A stretch of DNA of 62,114 nucleotides, counting the filler. It is 3 parts of 3 records of this genome, joined end to end, with 100 filler letters (N's around TTAATTAATTAA, not from the genome) between each part and the next. Parts side by side here need not be neighbours in the genome. Positions count along the whole stretch, not along the records: positions 24,700 to 49,052 come from SRR22947727_1557; positions 49,153 to 62,114 come from SRR22947727_1566; 1 more part is not named here. One strand, 5' to 3'. This document shows positions 42,538 through 54,854 of the stretch, in pieces. The position numbers and the translations under genes were made by a program. Below the pieces are notes generated by a model that saw nothing but the letters and a program-made list of their open reading frames with translations, did not search any database and was not told the DNA's origin. Numbering within the stretch: position 1 is the stretch's first letter; the number at the start of each line of letters is the position of its first letter.

Positions 42538-42649
42538 GATTTAATGTAATTAGTCTCTGCTAATTATTAGTTAAGGCCTGACTTGAAAGTTAATTTTTAG
42601 AGTTTATGTCTCTTTTCAAAATTACGTGTAGGACATTAAAGTTTATAAA

Positions 42650-43804
42650 ATGAGTGAAGTAGGAAATATATCTTTGAACTCTCTGGGGTTTGCGAAAGCA
42701 AACTCAGATACTCGTGTTGTTGTGGCAATGAGCGGAGGTGTTGATAGTTCTGTATGTGCTGCACTTCTGGCTAGTGAGGGATATGATATAATTGGAGTGA
42801 CTCTCCAATTATATGATCATGGAGAAGCAGTAAAAAAAGCTAAAGCGTGCTGTGCAGGACAAGATATATATGATGCCAAACGCGTAGCCGAAATGATGAA
42901 TTTTCCCCACTATGTTCTAGATTATGAAGATAATTTTCGTGAAAAAGTTATAGAAAATTTTGCTGATACTTATCTCGCAGGTTCTACTCCGATTCCATGT
43001 GTGCGTTGCAATCAAACTGTAAAGTTTCATGACCTTTTAGCAGTAGCTAAAGATTTGGGAGCGGACTGCATGGCAACGGGTCATTACATAAATAGAGTGA
43101 TGGGACCAGAAGGTGCGGAACTTCATAGAGCCCATGATCACGGAAAAGACCAGAGCTATTTCCTATTCGCAACTACCCGAGAACAACTTGATTATTTAAG
43201 GTTTCCGCTTGGAGGTTTTAGTAAGTCAGAAACAAGAACTTTAGCTGTTAAGTATGGTCTTAATGTTGCTAGTAAACCGGATAGTCAGGATATTTGTTTT
43301 GTACCAACGGGTAAGTACACAGATGTAATAGAAAAAATACGCCCATCAGCGGTCACTCATGGAGAAATTGTTCATCTAAATGGTAAGGTCTTGGGTAAAC
43401 ATAGAGGTATAATGTATTATACTATAGGTCAACGCCGCGGTCTTGGTTTGCCTGACGGTTCAGGATTAGAGCCTTTGTTTGTAATAAAAATAGATCAAGT
43501 TATGAACCAGGTTATTGTGGGCCCAAGAGAAGCTCTAAGGCGTAAAAAACTTTGGCTTGAAGACATCAATTGGCTAGGAGATGGAGAATACAATCAAAAC
43601 CTTGATGGATACAAACTTAAAGTCAAAGTGAGGTCAACTCGTTCACCGGTGAACGCAACTTTTTTGCTTTTAGATGATGAACTCATAGTTGAATTAGATG
43701 AAGCTGATGAGGGATTATCCCCGGGGCAAGCCTGTGTTTTCTATAGTTCAGAAAATTTTGCAAAAAGAACACTCGGTGGCGGATGGATAGTTAAAACAGA
43801 ATGA
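42650..43804 (+). CDS. mnmA: tRNA 2-thiouridine(34) synthase
   Basis: [45 protein letters not shown]. Confidence 0.96.
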   Translation: MSEVGNISLNSLGFAKANSDTRVVVAMSGGVDSSVCAALLASEGYDIIGVTLQLYDHGEAVKKAKACCAGQDIYDAKRVAEMMNFPHYVLDYEDNFREKVIENFADTYLAGSTPIPCVRCNQTVKFHDLLAVAKDLGADCMATGHYINRVMGPEGAELHRAHDHGKDQSYFLFATTREQLDYLRFPLGGFSKSETRTLAVKYGLNVASKPDSQDICFVPTGKYTDVIEKIRPSAVTHGEIVHLNGKVLGKHRGIMYYTIGQRRGLGLPDGSGLEPLFVIKIDQVMNQVIVGPREALRRKKLWLEDINWLGDGEYNQNLDGYKLKVKVRSTRSPVNATFLLLDDELIVELDEADEGLSPGQACVFYSSENFAKRTLGGGWIVKTE

Positions 43805-43965
43805 GTTATTCTATTGAAATTACATTAATACTTTTTTTCATATTTTGCATTCTCTGGATGATTTCTAATAAACAAGATAAAAAGTATAAAGATCAGAAAA
43901 ATAAAACTCGATTAAAAATAAAACGAAAAAATAAGGAAAACTGAATTTTAGAAAACTACTATAAA

Positions 43966-45603
43966 TCAGTGCCCACCCCCTAACCGGCCTAATTTAACCT
44001 TGTAGTCTACGGCTAGGCCATATTCTGGGTCATCATCAGAGTCTATCATCAATTGTCCTGCACGATTAAGTAACTTATGACAGTCTCTTGTGAGGTGTCT
44101 TAATCGAATTTCTTTACCTGATTGTGTATATTTTGCTGCTAATACTTCAATTGCCTGAAGGGCTGATTGGTCCACTACACGACTATTTTTAAAATCCACT
44201 ATCACAATATTTGGATCAGACTTGATTGTAAATAATGAACTAAAAACATCAACTGAGCCAAAAAATAAAGGTCCTTCAAGCATATAAATTTTAGTATCTT
44301 CCTTGATTTCTGTATTCACATTAATGCGTCGAGCTGCATTCCATGCATATGCTAGAGCTGATACTATCACACCAACGATCACTGCAACAGCTAGATCGTG
44401 CCAAACAGTAACTATCGTCACCAAGACTATTACCAAAGCATCAGTGATAGGTATACGTCGCATTATTGAAAAAGATTGCCATGCAAATGTACCTATTACT
44501 ACCATAAACATAACACCGACTAAGGCTGCCAGGGGTATTTCCTCAATTATTTGTGAGCCAAACAAAATAAAACATAATAGAAATAAGGATGCAGATATAC
44601 CTGAAAGTCTGGTCCTACCACCAGACTTCACATTAATCATTGACTGACCAATCATCGCGCAGCCACCCATGCCTCCAAAAAATCCAGTTACAGTATTGCT
44701 TATACCTTGGGCTACACACTCTTGAGATGCCCCTCCTCGCTCTTCTTTTATTTCCCCTATTAGATTTAATGTTAATAAGCTTTCAATAAGTCCAATCGAG
44801 GCGAGAATTAACGAATAAGGTAATATTGTTTTAAGGGTTTCTAAATTAAATGGCACATCTGGAATGTGAAAGACTGGTAGACCGCCTTCTATAGATGACA
44901 TATCGCCTACGCGAGGAACGTCGATTCCGAGAACGATCACGAAGGCAGCAACAATGCCAATTCCTGCTAATGGTGCTGGAATAAAGTTAGTAACTTTTGG
45001 TGTAATCCAGATAATAAACATTGTTAGCGCTACTAAGCCTAACATCAAGTAAAGTGTACTACCACTCATCCAGGTGCCGTGAAGCATGTTAAATGGTCCA
45101 TGTATTTCACCCACAGGGGCGGGGGCCGTTTGAAATTGAGTAAGTTGTGCTAAGAAAATAACAATAGCAAGTCCATTAACAAAACCTAGCATCACAGGGT
45201 GTGGAACGAGTCTAATGAATTTCCCAAGTTTTAAAACTCCTGCAATTATTTGCATGATTCCCATTAAAACTACGGTTACAAATAAGTATTCGACTCCATG
45301 CTTAGCAACCAAGGCAACCATAACAACAGCTAAAGCTCCTGTTGCACCTGATATCATTCCCGGCCTACCGCCGATGCATGCAGTTATAAGGCCCACTATA
45401 AAAGCAGCGTAAAGCCCCACTAAAGGCTCTACTCCAGCAACAATCGCAAAAGCTACAGCCTCAGGAACAAGGGCTAGAGCTACTGTTAATCCAGATAAGA
45501 TTTCAATCTTTGTGCGATTAAAATCAAATGTGATTGGACCCATACGTCGTCTGGCCGGTATGGAAATTCTATTTGCAAATATAGATAGTGTAGAGCGAAT
45601 CAA
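43966..45603 (-). CDS. SulP family anion transporter with STAS domain
   Basis: GLTVALALVPEAVAF, GGRPGMISGATGA, GCAMIGQS, GPLFFGS. Confidence 0.92.
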   Translation of the reverse strand: MIRSTLSIFANRISIPARRRMGPITFDFNRTKIEILSGLTVALALVPEAVAFAIVAGVEPLVGLYAAFIVGLITACIGGRPGMISGATGALAVVMVALVAKHGVEYLFVTVVLMGIMQIIAGVLKLGKFIRLVPHPVMLGFVNGLAIVIFLAQLTQFQTAPAPVGEIHGPFNMLHGTWMSGSTLYLMLGLVALTMFIIWITPKVTNFIPAPLAGIGIVAAFVIVLGIDVPRVGDMSSIEGGLPVFHIPDVPFNLETLKTILPYSLILASIGLIESLLTLNLIGEIKEERGGASQECVAQGISNTVTGFFGGMGGCAMIGQSMINVKSGGRTRLSGISASLFLLCFILFGSQIIEEIPLAALVGVMFMVVIGTFAWQSFSIMRRIPITDALVIVLVTIVTVWHDLAVAVIVGVIVSALAYAWNAARRINVNTEIKEDTKIYMLEGPLFFGSVDVFSSLFTIKSDPNIVIVDFKNSRVVDQSALQAIEVLAAKYTQSGKEIRLRHLTRDCHKLLNRAGQLMIDSDDDPEYGLAVDYKVKLGRLGGGH

Positions 45604-45685
45604 AATAAAGCTTTCTTGAAATTTAGTATGCGGAGCGAGCCTCTATACTCAGAAGGGAACTTGTTCAAGCCATGTTTTAAAATGT

Positions 45686-46432
45686 TCAGTGATTATAGTT
45701 TTCTAACTCTTCCTTTAAAGCACATAAATCCCTCCATGTCTCTCTTTTCAATAAAGGTTGCTTTAAAAGTAAAGATGGATGATAAGTAGGTAAAGCAATT
45801 ATTTTTTTATCACCCAATTCAATCTTTTGCCATTGTCCCCTATTCTTCATAATTGAGGTAAGTCCTGTGAGAGCTTGGAGTGAAGTACTTCCTAATAATA
45901 ATATTATATTTGGTGATACTAACTCTATATGACGCTTCAAAAACGGTTTACAAAAATCTAGGTCTTCATTCGTTGGTTTTTTTCTATCGGGTAATTTCCA
46001 ATTAATAGCAGTTGTTATGTAAGTATTGTCTTTAGATTGGTTTATTGAAGCAAGCATTTTGTCAAGTAAATGCCCTTCAGGTCCAACAAATGGTTGACCT
46101 GCTTTATCATCATAGCGACTGGGACTATCTCCTATGACCATCAAATTAGCCCTTGAATTTCCTCTAGAAAATACACATTGTCTTGCATTGTCAGTGAGAG
46201 GTGATCTTGAAAAATCACCCATATATTTTTTTAAATCATTCAGATTTTTAATTTTTTTTAGATTTTTTTGAAGATTATTATCAATTTTTATAATTTTTTT
46301 CTTTGTCTCAACTTCTGATTTAGTTGGTAGCCTAGGAATTACCTTAGATGAAGTAGCAGATAAAATTAGATCTGGAGTTTCAACACCAACTTGAGACCAC
46401 CAATCAAGAGCAGATTTTAATTCTTCATTCAT
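45686..46432 (-). CDS. Uracil-DNA glycosylase, family 4 type
   Basis: LMVIGDSP, GQPFVG..GHLLDKML, PTYHPSLLL. Confidence 0.88.
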   Translation of the reverse strand: MNEELKSALDWWSQVGVETPDLILSATSSKVIPRLPTKSEVETKKKIIKIDNNLQKNLKKIKNLNDLKKYMGDFSRSPLTDNARQCVFSRGNSRANLMVIGDSPSRYDDKAGQPFVGPEGHLLDKMLASINQSKDNTYITTAINWKLPDRKKPTNEDLDFCKPFLKRHIELVSPNIILLLGSTSLQALTGLTSIMKNRGQWQKIELGDKKIIALPTYHPSLLLKQPLLKRETWRDLCALKEELENYNH

Positions 46433-47300
46433 TATACTGTACCATTTTTTCTACGAAACTTATAATTTCATGAGCAATATTGATATTTGTTATTTTCTCT
46501 ATTTCTTCAAGGCCTGATGATGAATTGACTTCAAGTAATTTTGGTCCATTTTTTGACCTTAATATATCTACCCCAGCAATTGGTAAGTTTAAAAAATTTG
46601 TAGCATCAATTGCCATTTTTCTTTCTTCATTGGTGATTTCAGTCATAGAACCGCGGCCCCCAGCATGAATATTTGACCTAAAGTCTCCAAACTTAGCAGT
46701 ACGTTTCATAGCAGCAATGACATTTTTTCCTATCACAAAACACCTTATGTCAGAACCTTCGCTATCTTTAATAAACTCTTGTATTAAAAAAGGTTGTCGT
46801 TCAAAAATATATTTTGAAGTTATTTCTTTGGCAGCACTAATATCACTGATTAATGAAACAGTATCGCCTTGTGTTCCTTTTATTTTTTTTATTATAAAGG
46901 GATAGCCTCCTATACTTCTTACAGCCTCATTTAGATTATCGTGATTTGTAAATAATGCAGTTTTGGGAATGGCTAACCCGCGCTTACTAAATAATTGACT
47001 TGCTAAAAATTTATTACGAGAATTAGTGAAGCCGTATGAAGAAACAGTCGTTGGAATATTTGCACTTTCAAATATATTTATAAGATGCTGCCCAAAATCA
47101 GAAAGCGACACTCCTATACGAGGAATAACGGCATCTGGAATAGGGTCAAGCTTTGATAAATATACTTTCCCATGAGCTGGAATAATTTGATTATAAGTCA
47201 GCAAAGGGTAAACATTATGGCCTAAATCTTTACCTGCACTCATCATTCTCCGATTAGAATAATTGGACGGATCTGAAGTAAGAATAGCTATGTTTAGCAT
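46425..47300 (-). CDS. RimK family ATP-grasp alpha-L-glutamate ligase
   Basis: DAVIPRIG, GTQG, QEFIK..GSDIRCFV, FRSNIHAGG, GVDILRS..LEVNSS. Confidence 0.88.
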   Translation of the reverse strand: MLNIAILTSDPSNYSNRRMMSAGKDLGHNVYPLLTYNQIIPAHGKVYLSKLDPIPDAVIPRIGVSLSDFGQHLINIFESANIPTTVSSYGFTNSRNKFLASQLFSKRGLAIPKTALFTNHDNLNEAVRSIGGYPFIIKKIKGTQGDTVSLISDISAAKEITSKYIFERQPFLIQEFIKDSEGSDIRCFVIGKNVIAAMKRTAKFGDFRSNIHAGGRGSMTEITNEERKMAIDATNFLNLPIAGVDILRSKNGPKLLEVNSSSGLEEIEKITNINIAHEIISFVEKMVQYNE

Positions 47301-47422
47301 TTTTTAAAATCTCTTTTTTACAAAAATTATTAATGAGGCATCTGCGTCAAAGCAAATACTTGTTTTGCTAATTCATTCAGTTTATTGCCTAAGTAATATT
47401 TTTTATAAATGCGAGTCTATAA

Positions 47423-49052
47423 ATGAGTTCAAGCACTGAAAATCCTTTTGAGCGTGAAAGTATGGAGTATGATGTAGTTATCGTAGGTGCCGGGCCTGCA
47501 GGACTAACCGCTGCCATTAAATTAAAACAATTGAATGAAAACTATAATGTAGTTGTCTTGGAAAAAGGATCTGAGGTTGGTGCTCATATTTTATCTGGTG
47601 CAGTGTTGGACCCTAGTGGTCTCACTCGATTAATGCCAGATTGGAAGAAAAAAAATTCTCCAATTAAGAATAAAGTGAAGGCTGATAAACTTATGATACT
47701 TGGCCCGAATGGTTCATTTAGAGTGCCTAATTTTCTAATGCCTCCATTAATGAACAACCATGGTAATTATATTGTTTCCATGGCTAATACCTGTAGGTGG
47801 TTAGCAGAACAGGCTGAGGCTTTAGGAGTTGAAATTTTTCCAGGGATGTCTTGCTCGGAGTTAGTTTATGATCAGTCTGGAGCAGTTAAAGGGGTAGTCG
47901 CTGGAGAGTTTGGAGTCTCAAAGGACGGAACAAGAGGTGATGGGTATGAACCAGGTATGGAACTTCATGGCAAATATACTTTCATTGCTGAAGGCGCCCG
48001 AGGTTCACTTGCAAAAAAGCTAATTAGTAAGTTTTCCCTAGATAAAGAATCTGATTGTCCTAAATTTGGCCTAGGTATGAAAGAAATCTGGGATGTAAAA
48101 CCTGAAAACCATCAAGAAGGTTTAGTAGTACATACAGCAGGATGGCCTTTAGGTTGGAAGGCTGGGGGTGGGTCATTTTTATACCATGCTGAAAACAATC
48201 AAGTTTATTTAGGCTACATTGTTGATTTAAATTACAAAAATCCGCACTTATACCCTTATGCTGAAATGCAGCGTTGGAAGCATCATCCAGAAATCTCTGA
48301 AGTTTTGGATGGAGGAAAACGTGTTGCCTATGGTGCTCGAGTTGTTACAAAAGGTGGAATTCAGTCCATTCCTAAAGTTTGTTTTCCTGGAGGAGTACTA
48401 CTTGGTTGTTCAGCAGGACTCGTTAATTTGCCCAGGATAAAAGGAAATCATAATGCTATGCATTCAGGCATTGACGCAGCAGAATCCGCTCACGCGGCTA
48501 TGGTTAGTGGGTTACATGGTACAGAATTGTTAACTTATGACCAAGCCCTAAGAACTGGCCCTGTTGGCCAAGACTTAAGGCCCGTGAGAAATGTTGCGCC
48601 TTTGAATGCAAGGTTCGGACCCTTCCTTGGAGGAATGTTACTTGGGGGGATTGATATGTGGTCGGCTACTATTGCTAAATTTAATTTAATTGGTGCAATA
48701 ATGAATGTCCCCAAGCTATTTTCGCGCAAAAGAACTATGACTTTATCACACGGTAAAGACGATGCTGCCACAACTGGAAAAGTTGATCGTTTTAAAAAAA
48801 TTGATTACCCTAAACCAGATGGTGTACTATCATTTGATCGTTTAACAAATGTATCGTTTTCAGCTACAAATCATGGTGAAGAACAACCTAGTCATCTAAA
48901 ATTAGTTAGCTCAATGGTTCCAATTGACTTTAACTTACCTAATTTTGATGAGCCAGCACAAAGGTATTGCCCGGCGGGTGTTTATGAAGTTTTAAGAGAC
49001 GAAGATGGTTCAAACCCTCGTTTTCAAATTAATTCTCAAAATTGCGTACACT
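47423..49052 (+). CDS. Electron transfer flavoprotein-ubiquinone oxidoreductase, 3' truncated
   Basis: RESMEYDVVIVGAGPAGL, EVGAHILSGA, RYCPAGVYE, NSQNCVH running into Ns. Confidence 0.95.
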
Positions 49053-49152
49053 NNNNNNNNNNNNNNNNNNNNNNNNNNNNNNNNNNNNNNNNNNNNTTAA
49101 TTAATTAANNNNNNNNNNNNNNNNNNNNNNNNNNNNNNNNNNNNNNNNNNNN
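49053..49152. other. Artificial contig-joining spacer 2
   Basis: 44 N + TTAATTAATTAA (49097-49108) + 44 N, identical to spacer 1. Confidence 0.97.
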
Positions 49153-49469
49153 AGGTCAGAAGCAGTTTGATACAAAACTTGGCGATTGATCAGTTGGCTC
49201 AATGCAGATTGCTGCAAAAGTAATCGATCAATATCGTTTGGGTCAAAATCAGGACCCACTTGGGAAAGGATGCGACGTTTCTCGCGCTCCGTCTCAATAT
49301 TCAACACGGACTCAGTAATATCGAAATCACCAACCTGAGCCACCTTTGGGTCGCCGCCAAGGAAAACATTGGTGGCGCCAAATCCAAATAGCGTCAGCAC
49401 CAGTATGATGGCCACTACCAGAACTTTGAAGCCGGTTGATTGTGTTTGATCTCGTAGTTGCTGCAACAT
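49153..49469 (-). CDS. ppiD: Periplasmic chaperone PpiD, N-terminal part (3' truncated)
   Basis: MLQQLRD + one TM segment + SurA N-like region; follows lon-hupB. Confidence 0.85.
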
Positions 49470-49519
49470 GCTAGCTAAACCTTAAAACGTAATGTGGAAA
49501 ACTTAAAATACAAGGACAT

Positions 49520-49547
49520 AAAAAAGGGCGCTTTATCGGCGCCCTTT
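49520..49547 (-). terminator. Intrinsic terminator after hupB
   Basis: AAAGGGCGC / GCGCCCTTT stem with a T tract on the minus strand. Confidence 0.8.
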
Positions 49548-49565
49548 CAAATCACCCAGTAGCCG

Positions 49566-49838
49566 CTAGTTTAAAGCGTCTTTAAGTGCCTTTCCCGGCT
49601 TAAAAGCAGGAACTTTGGCTGCTGAGATTTGAATCGTTTCGCCAGTCTTTGGATTACGACCAGGGCGTGCAGCGCGATCGCGTACCAAAAAAGTACCGAA
49701 ACCAACCAGTGCCACTGATTCGCCATCCTTTAAGGAGCCGGTTATTGCTTCTAATGCTGATTCTAAAGCTCTGCTTGCAGCGGTTTTAGAAATATCTGCA
49801 GATTCAGATATATGATCTACTAATTCACTCTTGTTCAT
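49566..49838 (-). CDS. hupB: DNA-binding protein HU
   Basis: Start MNKSELV at 49838; [29 protein letters not shown]. Confidence 0.95.
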   Translation of the reverse strand: MNKSELVDHISESADISKTAASRALESALEAITGSLKDGESVALVGFGTFLVRDRAARPGRNPKTGETIQISAAKVPAFKPGKALKDALN

Positions 49839-50016
49839 ACTGTGCCCCTCGTAAATGCGCCTGTCGATCGAATAGCTGGTGGGATGAGGAGCAAAACTCA
49901 CATCCATAACGGCATATCTTCTCTGTGCGCATACAGTTTAATTAAGACCCTCTCGGGTTCGATTGTTTTATACCAACACAGCTAGTCGGGCGCAAGCTAA
50001 TGCGCGCATGACTTTA

Positions 50017-52446
50017 CTAGTGCGGGCTTATGCTAGAAGGCGTTTCAGCCGCTCCAGTGTCCTTTTTCGACTCAGAACTTGCGCCCTCACCGGCCCCATC
50101 ATGAAGGATTTTGGGTTCAGGCATGCGTTCCAGCGCTATTTCTAACACCTCGTCTATCCATTTTACCGCATGGATCTCCAAATTGCTTTTCACATTGTCA
50201 GGAATCTCGATCAAATCTTTCTCATTTTCATGAGGAATGACCACATGCTTAATACCCCCTCTATGGGCGGCTAAAAGTTTCTCTTTCAGGCCACCAATAG
50301 GCAGCACTTGTCCACGCAGAGTAATTTCACCGGTCATGGCGACGTTGGCTTTTACTGGAATACCTGTGAGCACCGATATCATTGCGGTGCACATGCCAAT
50401 GCCGGCGCTGGGACCATCTTTCGGCGTAGCCCCTTCTGGAACGTGAATATGGATATCACTTTTTTCGTGAAAATCGTCGGCTAAACCAAGAGATTGACCG
50501 CGACTACGCACTACAGTTAAGGCAGCTTGGATGGATTCCTGCATTACATCGCCCAACGAACCCGTCTTGATCTGACGCCCCTTACCCGGCACAGACACAG
50601 CCTCTATACTGAGTAACTCGCCCCCTACTTGAGTCCACGCCAAGCCCGTAACAATGCCGACTTGGCTTTCTTCCTCGGCCAACCCGTAACTGAATTTGTG
50701 CACGCCAGAATATTTTTCTAGATCGGCTTGATCAACAACAGTTTTCGGAAATGCTTTCTTGGTGCTCGCCTGGTCCAAAGACTGTTCTTTAACTACCTTG
50801 CGCGCTACTTTAGAAATTTCTCGCTCTAAGCCACGCACACCCGCTTCTCTCGTGTAGTAACGAATGATGTCTACAAGGGCAGCGTCAGTAATCTCCAACT
50901 CGCCCTTCTTCAAGCCATTGTTTTTAATCTGTTTTGGCACCAAGTAGCGGCGTGCAATACCCAGCTTTTCGTCCTCGGTATAGCCAGGCAAACGAATCAC
51001 TTCCATACGGTCTAGTAGCGGCGCAGGAATATTCATTGAATTTGAAGTGCAAACAAAGAACACATTGGACAGATCGTAGTCAACTTCCAAATAGTGGTCG
51101 TTAAATGTGCTGTTTTGTTCGGGGTCGAGCACTTCCAGTAAAGCACTGGCCGGATCGCCGCGCATATCCATGCCCATTTTGTCTATTTCATCGAGTAAAA
51201 ACAGTGGGTTTACCACACCTGTCTTGCTCATCTTTTGTATAACTTTCCCTGGCAAAGAGCCAATGTAAGTGCGTCTATGCCCCCTAATCTCGGCCTCATC
51301 ACGCACGCCCCCTAATGCCATGCGCACAAATTTTCTATTGGTTGCCCGAGCAATACTCTCTCCCAAGCTGGTTTTACCCACGCCAGGAGGGCCGACAAGA
51401 CACAATACCGGGCTTTTGGACTGACGCGTGCGATTCTGTACCGCGAGGTATTCGACAATCCGCTCCTTCACTTCAGTTAAACCAAAATGATCTTCATCAA
51501 GTATCTTTTGGGCCGCCTGTAAGTCTTTGCGCACTCGGCTTTTCTTACTCCAAGGGATGCTCACCATCCAATCAATAAAGCTTCTCACCACTGTCGCCTC
51601 GGCGGACATGGGCGCCATGTTCTTCAGCTTGTTGAGTTCAGACTGGGTCTTTTCTTTTGCCTCCTCGGGCATGCCAAGCGCGTCAATTTTGCTCTGCAGC
51701 TCGTCCGTTTCGTTGGCAGAATCGTCGCCCATTTCTTTTTGAATGGCTTTCATTTGCTCGTTCAAATAGTAATCTCGCTGGCTCTGCTCCATCTGCTTTT
51801 TGACTCGCCCACGGACTTGCTTTTCGACCTGAATAACCGCCAGACCCGCATCCATCAAGGCAAGTAATAACTCAGTACGAGCGCCGATTTCAACAGCTTC
51901 TAAAACGTCTTGGCGATCTTTAATGTCCAATGACATTTGCGCTGCCATGGTGTCCATTAAACGTGATGGATCGTCAATGCCAGATAATGATGCCAATACT
52001 TCCTGAGGGATCTTTTTGCCGCTCTGGGCAAACGCTTCGAACTGAGCCAAAAGCGTTTTATTCAATGCATCTGCTTCGCGGCGTTCCACTTCCGGCTCGT
52101 CCCGAACATCCACTTCAGCGCGAATATAACCAGCGCTGAAATCCAAACTTTGCACAGCTGCACGCTGGCCCCCTTCGACCAAAACTTTCACGGTACCGTC
52201 GGGCAGTTTGAGTAATTGGAGAATACTGGCGACAGTCCCCATAGCGTATAAATCGCCGGGTTCGACCTCTGTTTTCTCTGGGTCTATCTTGGCCACCAGG
52301 AAGATTTGCTTATCGTCCGCCATGGCAGCATCTAAAGCTTCAATAGAACTGGCAGTACCGACAAAAAGGGGGTGCACGCCGTGGGGGTAAACAACCATGT
52401 CTCGTAAAGGTAAGACCGGAAGAAAATCTACAGTATCGTCTGACAT
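50017..52446 (-). CDS. lon: ATP-dependent protease La
   Basis: [32 protein letters not shown] catalytic Ser, IGGLKEK. Confidence 0.97.
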   Translation of the reverse strand: MSDDTVDFLPVLPLRDMVVYPHGVHPLFVGTASSIEALDAAMADDKQIFLVAKIDPEKTEVEPGDLYAMGTVASILQLLKLPDGTVKVLVEGGQRAAVQSLDFSAGYIRAEVDVRDEPEVERREADALNKTLLAQFEAFAQSGKKIPQEVLASLSGIDDPSRLMDTMAAQMSLDIKDRQDVLEAVEIGARTELLLALMDAGLAVIQVEKQVRGRVKKQMEQSQRDYYLNEQMKAIQKEMGDDSANETDELQSKIDALGMPEEAKEKTQSELNKLKNMAPMSAEATVVRSFIDWMVSIPWSKKSRVRKDLQAAQKILDEDHFGLTEVKERIVEYLAVQNRTRQSKSPVLCLVGPPGVGKTSLGESIARATNRKFVRMALGGVRDEAEIRGHRRTYIGSLPGKVIQKMSKTGVVNPLFLLDEIDKMGMDMRGDPASALLEVLDPEQNSTFNDHYLEVDYDLSNVFFVCTSNSMNIPAPLLDRMEVIRLPGYTEDEKLGIARRYLVPKQIKNNGLKKGELEITDAALVDIIRYYTREAGVRGLEREISKVARKVVKEQSLDQASTKKAFPKTVVDQADLEKYSGVHKFSYGLAEEESQVGIVTGLAWTQVGGELLSIEAVSVPGKGRQIKTGSLGDVMQESIQAALTVVRSRGQSLGLADDFHEKSDIHIHVPEGATPKDGPSAGIGMCTAMISVLTGIPVKANVAMTGEITLRGQVLPIGGLKEKLLAAHRGGIKHVVIPHENEKDLIEIPDNVKSNLEIHAVKWIDEVLEIALERMPEPKILHDGAGEGASSESKKDTGAAETPSSISPH

Positions 52447-52483
52447 AATTTCTCTTTAACTGCTCAAATTGCTTGATATAACA

Positions 52484-52509
52484 ATGTGGTCATAAAGCCA
52501 AAGCTCAAG
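52484..52509 (-). promoter_or_regulatory. Putative sigma32 (heat-shock) promoter of lon
   Basis: CTTGAG-N14-CCACAT versus the RpoH consensus CTTGAA-N13-15-CCCCAT; lon is a known RpoH target. Confidence 0.6.
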
Positions 52510-52585
52510 GGTTATAGCAATGAAAATATGGGATTAAATTTGAGACTTTCTTAGACGTGAGATAACGATACGGAGGGAGTAGTTG

Positions 52586-52610
52586 GCCGCTCGCTGGAAC
52601 TGCGAGCGGC
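52586..52610. repeat. GC-rich hairpin between clpX and lon
   Basis: GCCGCTCGC-N7-GCGAGCGGC, no T tract. Confidence 0.55.
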
Positions 52611-52641
52611 ACGAGAGTGCGAAAAGTATTGCTGACGGAAA

Positions 52642-53922
52642 CTAGTCCTCTGGTGCAACCTTTGCTTGATCTAGATTTTCGTAAATCAACATTGGCTCGC
52701 TCTCGCCTTTGATCACGCTTTCGTCAATCACAACCTTGCTCACTGACTCTGAAGCCGGTAGCTCGTACATGGTGTCCAACAACACTGATTCAAGAATAGA
52801 GCGCAATCCGCGCGCGCCGGTTTTACGTTCAGTTGCCTTGTTGGCAATAGCGCGCAAAGCGTCTTCACGGAAATCTACATCTACCCCTTCCATCTCAAAC
52901 AGCTTGGTATATTGCTTGGTCAGAGAGTTCTTTGGTTCAGTCAAAATCCTAATCAGCGCATCGTTATCTAACTCGCCCAGTGTTGCTACAACGGGTAAAC
53001 GACCAACGAATTCAGGAATCAGCCCATAACGGACTAAATCTTCTGGCTCTACCGAGCGCAAAGTTTCGCCGATGCTCGTGCGGTCCGAGTCACCCTTAAC
53101 TTGTGCACCGAAACCGATACCGGACTTGTCGGAACGATCGGAAATGACACGGTCTAGGCCAGCAAAAGCACCGCCACAGATAAACAGGATCTTTGAGGTG
53201 TCTACTTGCAAAAATTCTTGCTGAGGATGCTTGCGTCCACCCTGAGGAGGCACAGATGCCACCGTGCCTTCAATCAATTTCAACAAGGCTTGCTGTACGC
53301 CCTCACCCGAAACATCTCTGGTAATGGATGGGTTGTCTGACTTGCGTGAGATCTTGTCGATTTCGTCGATGTAGACGATACCCACCTGAGCGCGCTCAAC
53401 GTCGTAGTCGCACTTCTGCAGCAGCTTTTGAATGATGTTCTCTACGTCTTCACCAACATATCCCGCCTCTGTGAGCGTGGTCGCATCAGCAATGGTAAAA
53501 GGTACATCGAGCATTCTGGCCAACGTTTCAGCCAAAAGGGTCTTACCGCACCCGGTAGGGCCAATAAGCAGTATGTTTGATTTAGACAACTCAACGTCAT
53601 CTTTCTTGGCGCTGTAATTTAGGCGCTTATAATGGTTGTAGACGGCAACGGACAATACTTTCTTGGCGTGTTCTTGGCCAATCACGTATTCATCTAGCGT
53701 TTTATTGATCTCGGTAGGCACGGGTAACTTACTAGACTCACTAGACTGCGCTGCCTCAGAGACCTCTTCTCTAATGATGTCGTTACACAACTCAACGCAT
53801 TCATCACAGATGAATACAGAAGGTCCCGCAATTAGCTTACGAACTTCATGTTGGCTCTTGCCACAAAACGAACAGTACAATAACTTGCCTGAGTCGTCTC
53901 CTTTGCCATTTTCTTCCGACAT
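52642..53922 (-). CDS. clpX: ATP-dependent Clp protease ATP-binding subunit
   Basis: CSFCGK..CDEC zinc finger, [21 protein letters not shown] loop. Confidence 0.97.
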   Translation of the reverse strand: MSEENGKGDDSGKLLYCSFCGKSQHEVRKLIAGPSVFICDECVELCNDIIREEVSEAAQSSESSKLPVPTEINKTLDEYVIGQEHAKKVLSVAVYNHYKRLNYSAKKDDVELSKSNILLIGPTGCGKTLLAETLARMLDVPFTIADATTLTEAGYVGEDVENIIQKLLQKCDYDVERAQVGIVYIDEIDKISRKSDNPSITRDVSGEGVQQALLKLIEGTVASVPPQGGRKHPQQEFLQVDTSKILFICGGAFAGLDRVISDRSDKSGIGFGAQVKGDSDRTSIGETLRSVEPEDLVRYGLIPEFVGRLPVVATLGELDNDALIRILTEPKNSLTKQYTKLFEMEGVDVDFREDALRAIANKATERKTGARGLRSILESVLLDTMYELPASESVSKVVIDESVIKGESEPMLIYENLDQAKVAPED

Positions 53923-54107
53923 AGCTTCTAAATCCCATTACTCTTGCCCAGTATTGGTTGCTCAATTTGCCCCCAAATACTCTGGCTTTCACATTCCATT
54001 CTCGTGCCCTAATGTGACTGTAAGGCCACTACGCGAGAATATTCAATCCTGATTACATTGCTTGCTCAGGACGTCTAATGCAAGCCCGCAGGCCTGCTGA
54101 AAATATT

Positions 54108-54758
54108 CTAATCTTTTGCCGACTCAGCGGCGTCTGTACGACTTTGCTGCACTTGGTCGACCAAACCATACTCTTTTGCTGCATCTGGACTCATCCAAAA
54201 GTCTCTGTCAGTGTCTTTTGCCACTGTTTCAACGTCTTGGCCAGTATGCTTGGCAATAATTTTGTTCAACTGCTCGCGCATCAACAATATTTCTTGCGCC
54301 TGAATTTCAATATCTGAAGCAACGCCACGCGAACCGCCTGAGGGTTGATGCAACATCATTCGTGAATTAGGCAAGGCATAACGCTTTCCTGGCGCGCCAG
54401 CTGCGAGTAAAAACGCACCCATACTGGCCGCTTGGCCAACACAGAGCGTACTTACGTTTGGCTTAACGAACTGCATGGTGTCATAAATAGATAGACCCGC
54501 TGTCACAGAACCGCCGGGAGAATTAATATAAAGATTAATGTCTTTATCTGGATTTTCAGACTCTAAGAACAGCATCTGAGCGACCACTAGATTGGCCATA
54601 TGATCCTCAACGGGCCCGACCAAAAAGATGATTCGATCTTTCAGCAACCTAGAATAGATGTCATACGCGCGTTCACCACGAGCGGTCTGCTCTACGACCA
54701 TAGGGACCATGCCCAAGCCTTGCGTTGGTTGCGTTAATCGATCTCGAATATCTGACAT
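54108..54758 (-). CDS. clpP: ATP-dependent Clp protease proteolytic subunit
   Basis: Likely start MSDIRD after [31 protein letters not shown]. Confidence 0.96.
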   Translation of the reverse strand: MSDIRDRLTQPTQGLGMVPMVVEQTARGERAYDIYSRLLKDRIIFLVGPVEDHMANLVVAQMLFLESENPDKDINLYINSPGGSVTAGLSIYDTMQFVKPNVSTLCVGQAASMGAFLLAAGAPGKRYALPNSRMMLHQPSGGSRGVASDIEIQAQEILLMREQLNKIIAKHTGQDVETVAKDTDRDFWMSPDAAKEYGLVDQVQQSRTDAAESAKD

Positions 54759-54854
54759 TTTTTTCTCCAAGTCTGCCGGCATCAACCGGCAAATACTGCG
54801 CTTATCTAATAATCACTTTTGCCTAACCGGCAGCCTAATTTCCGCCCCAATTTT

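Noticed and set aside
43805-43965. A-rich spacer between mnmA and the SulP gene as a possible sRNA or origin
   Set aside because: No stable structure, DnaA boxes or iterons are visible; it looks like low-complexity intergenic DNA.
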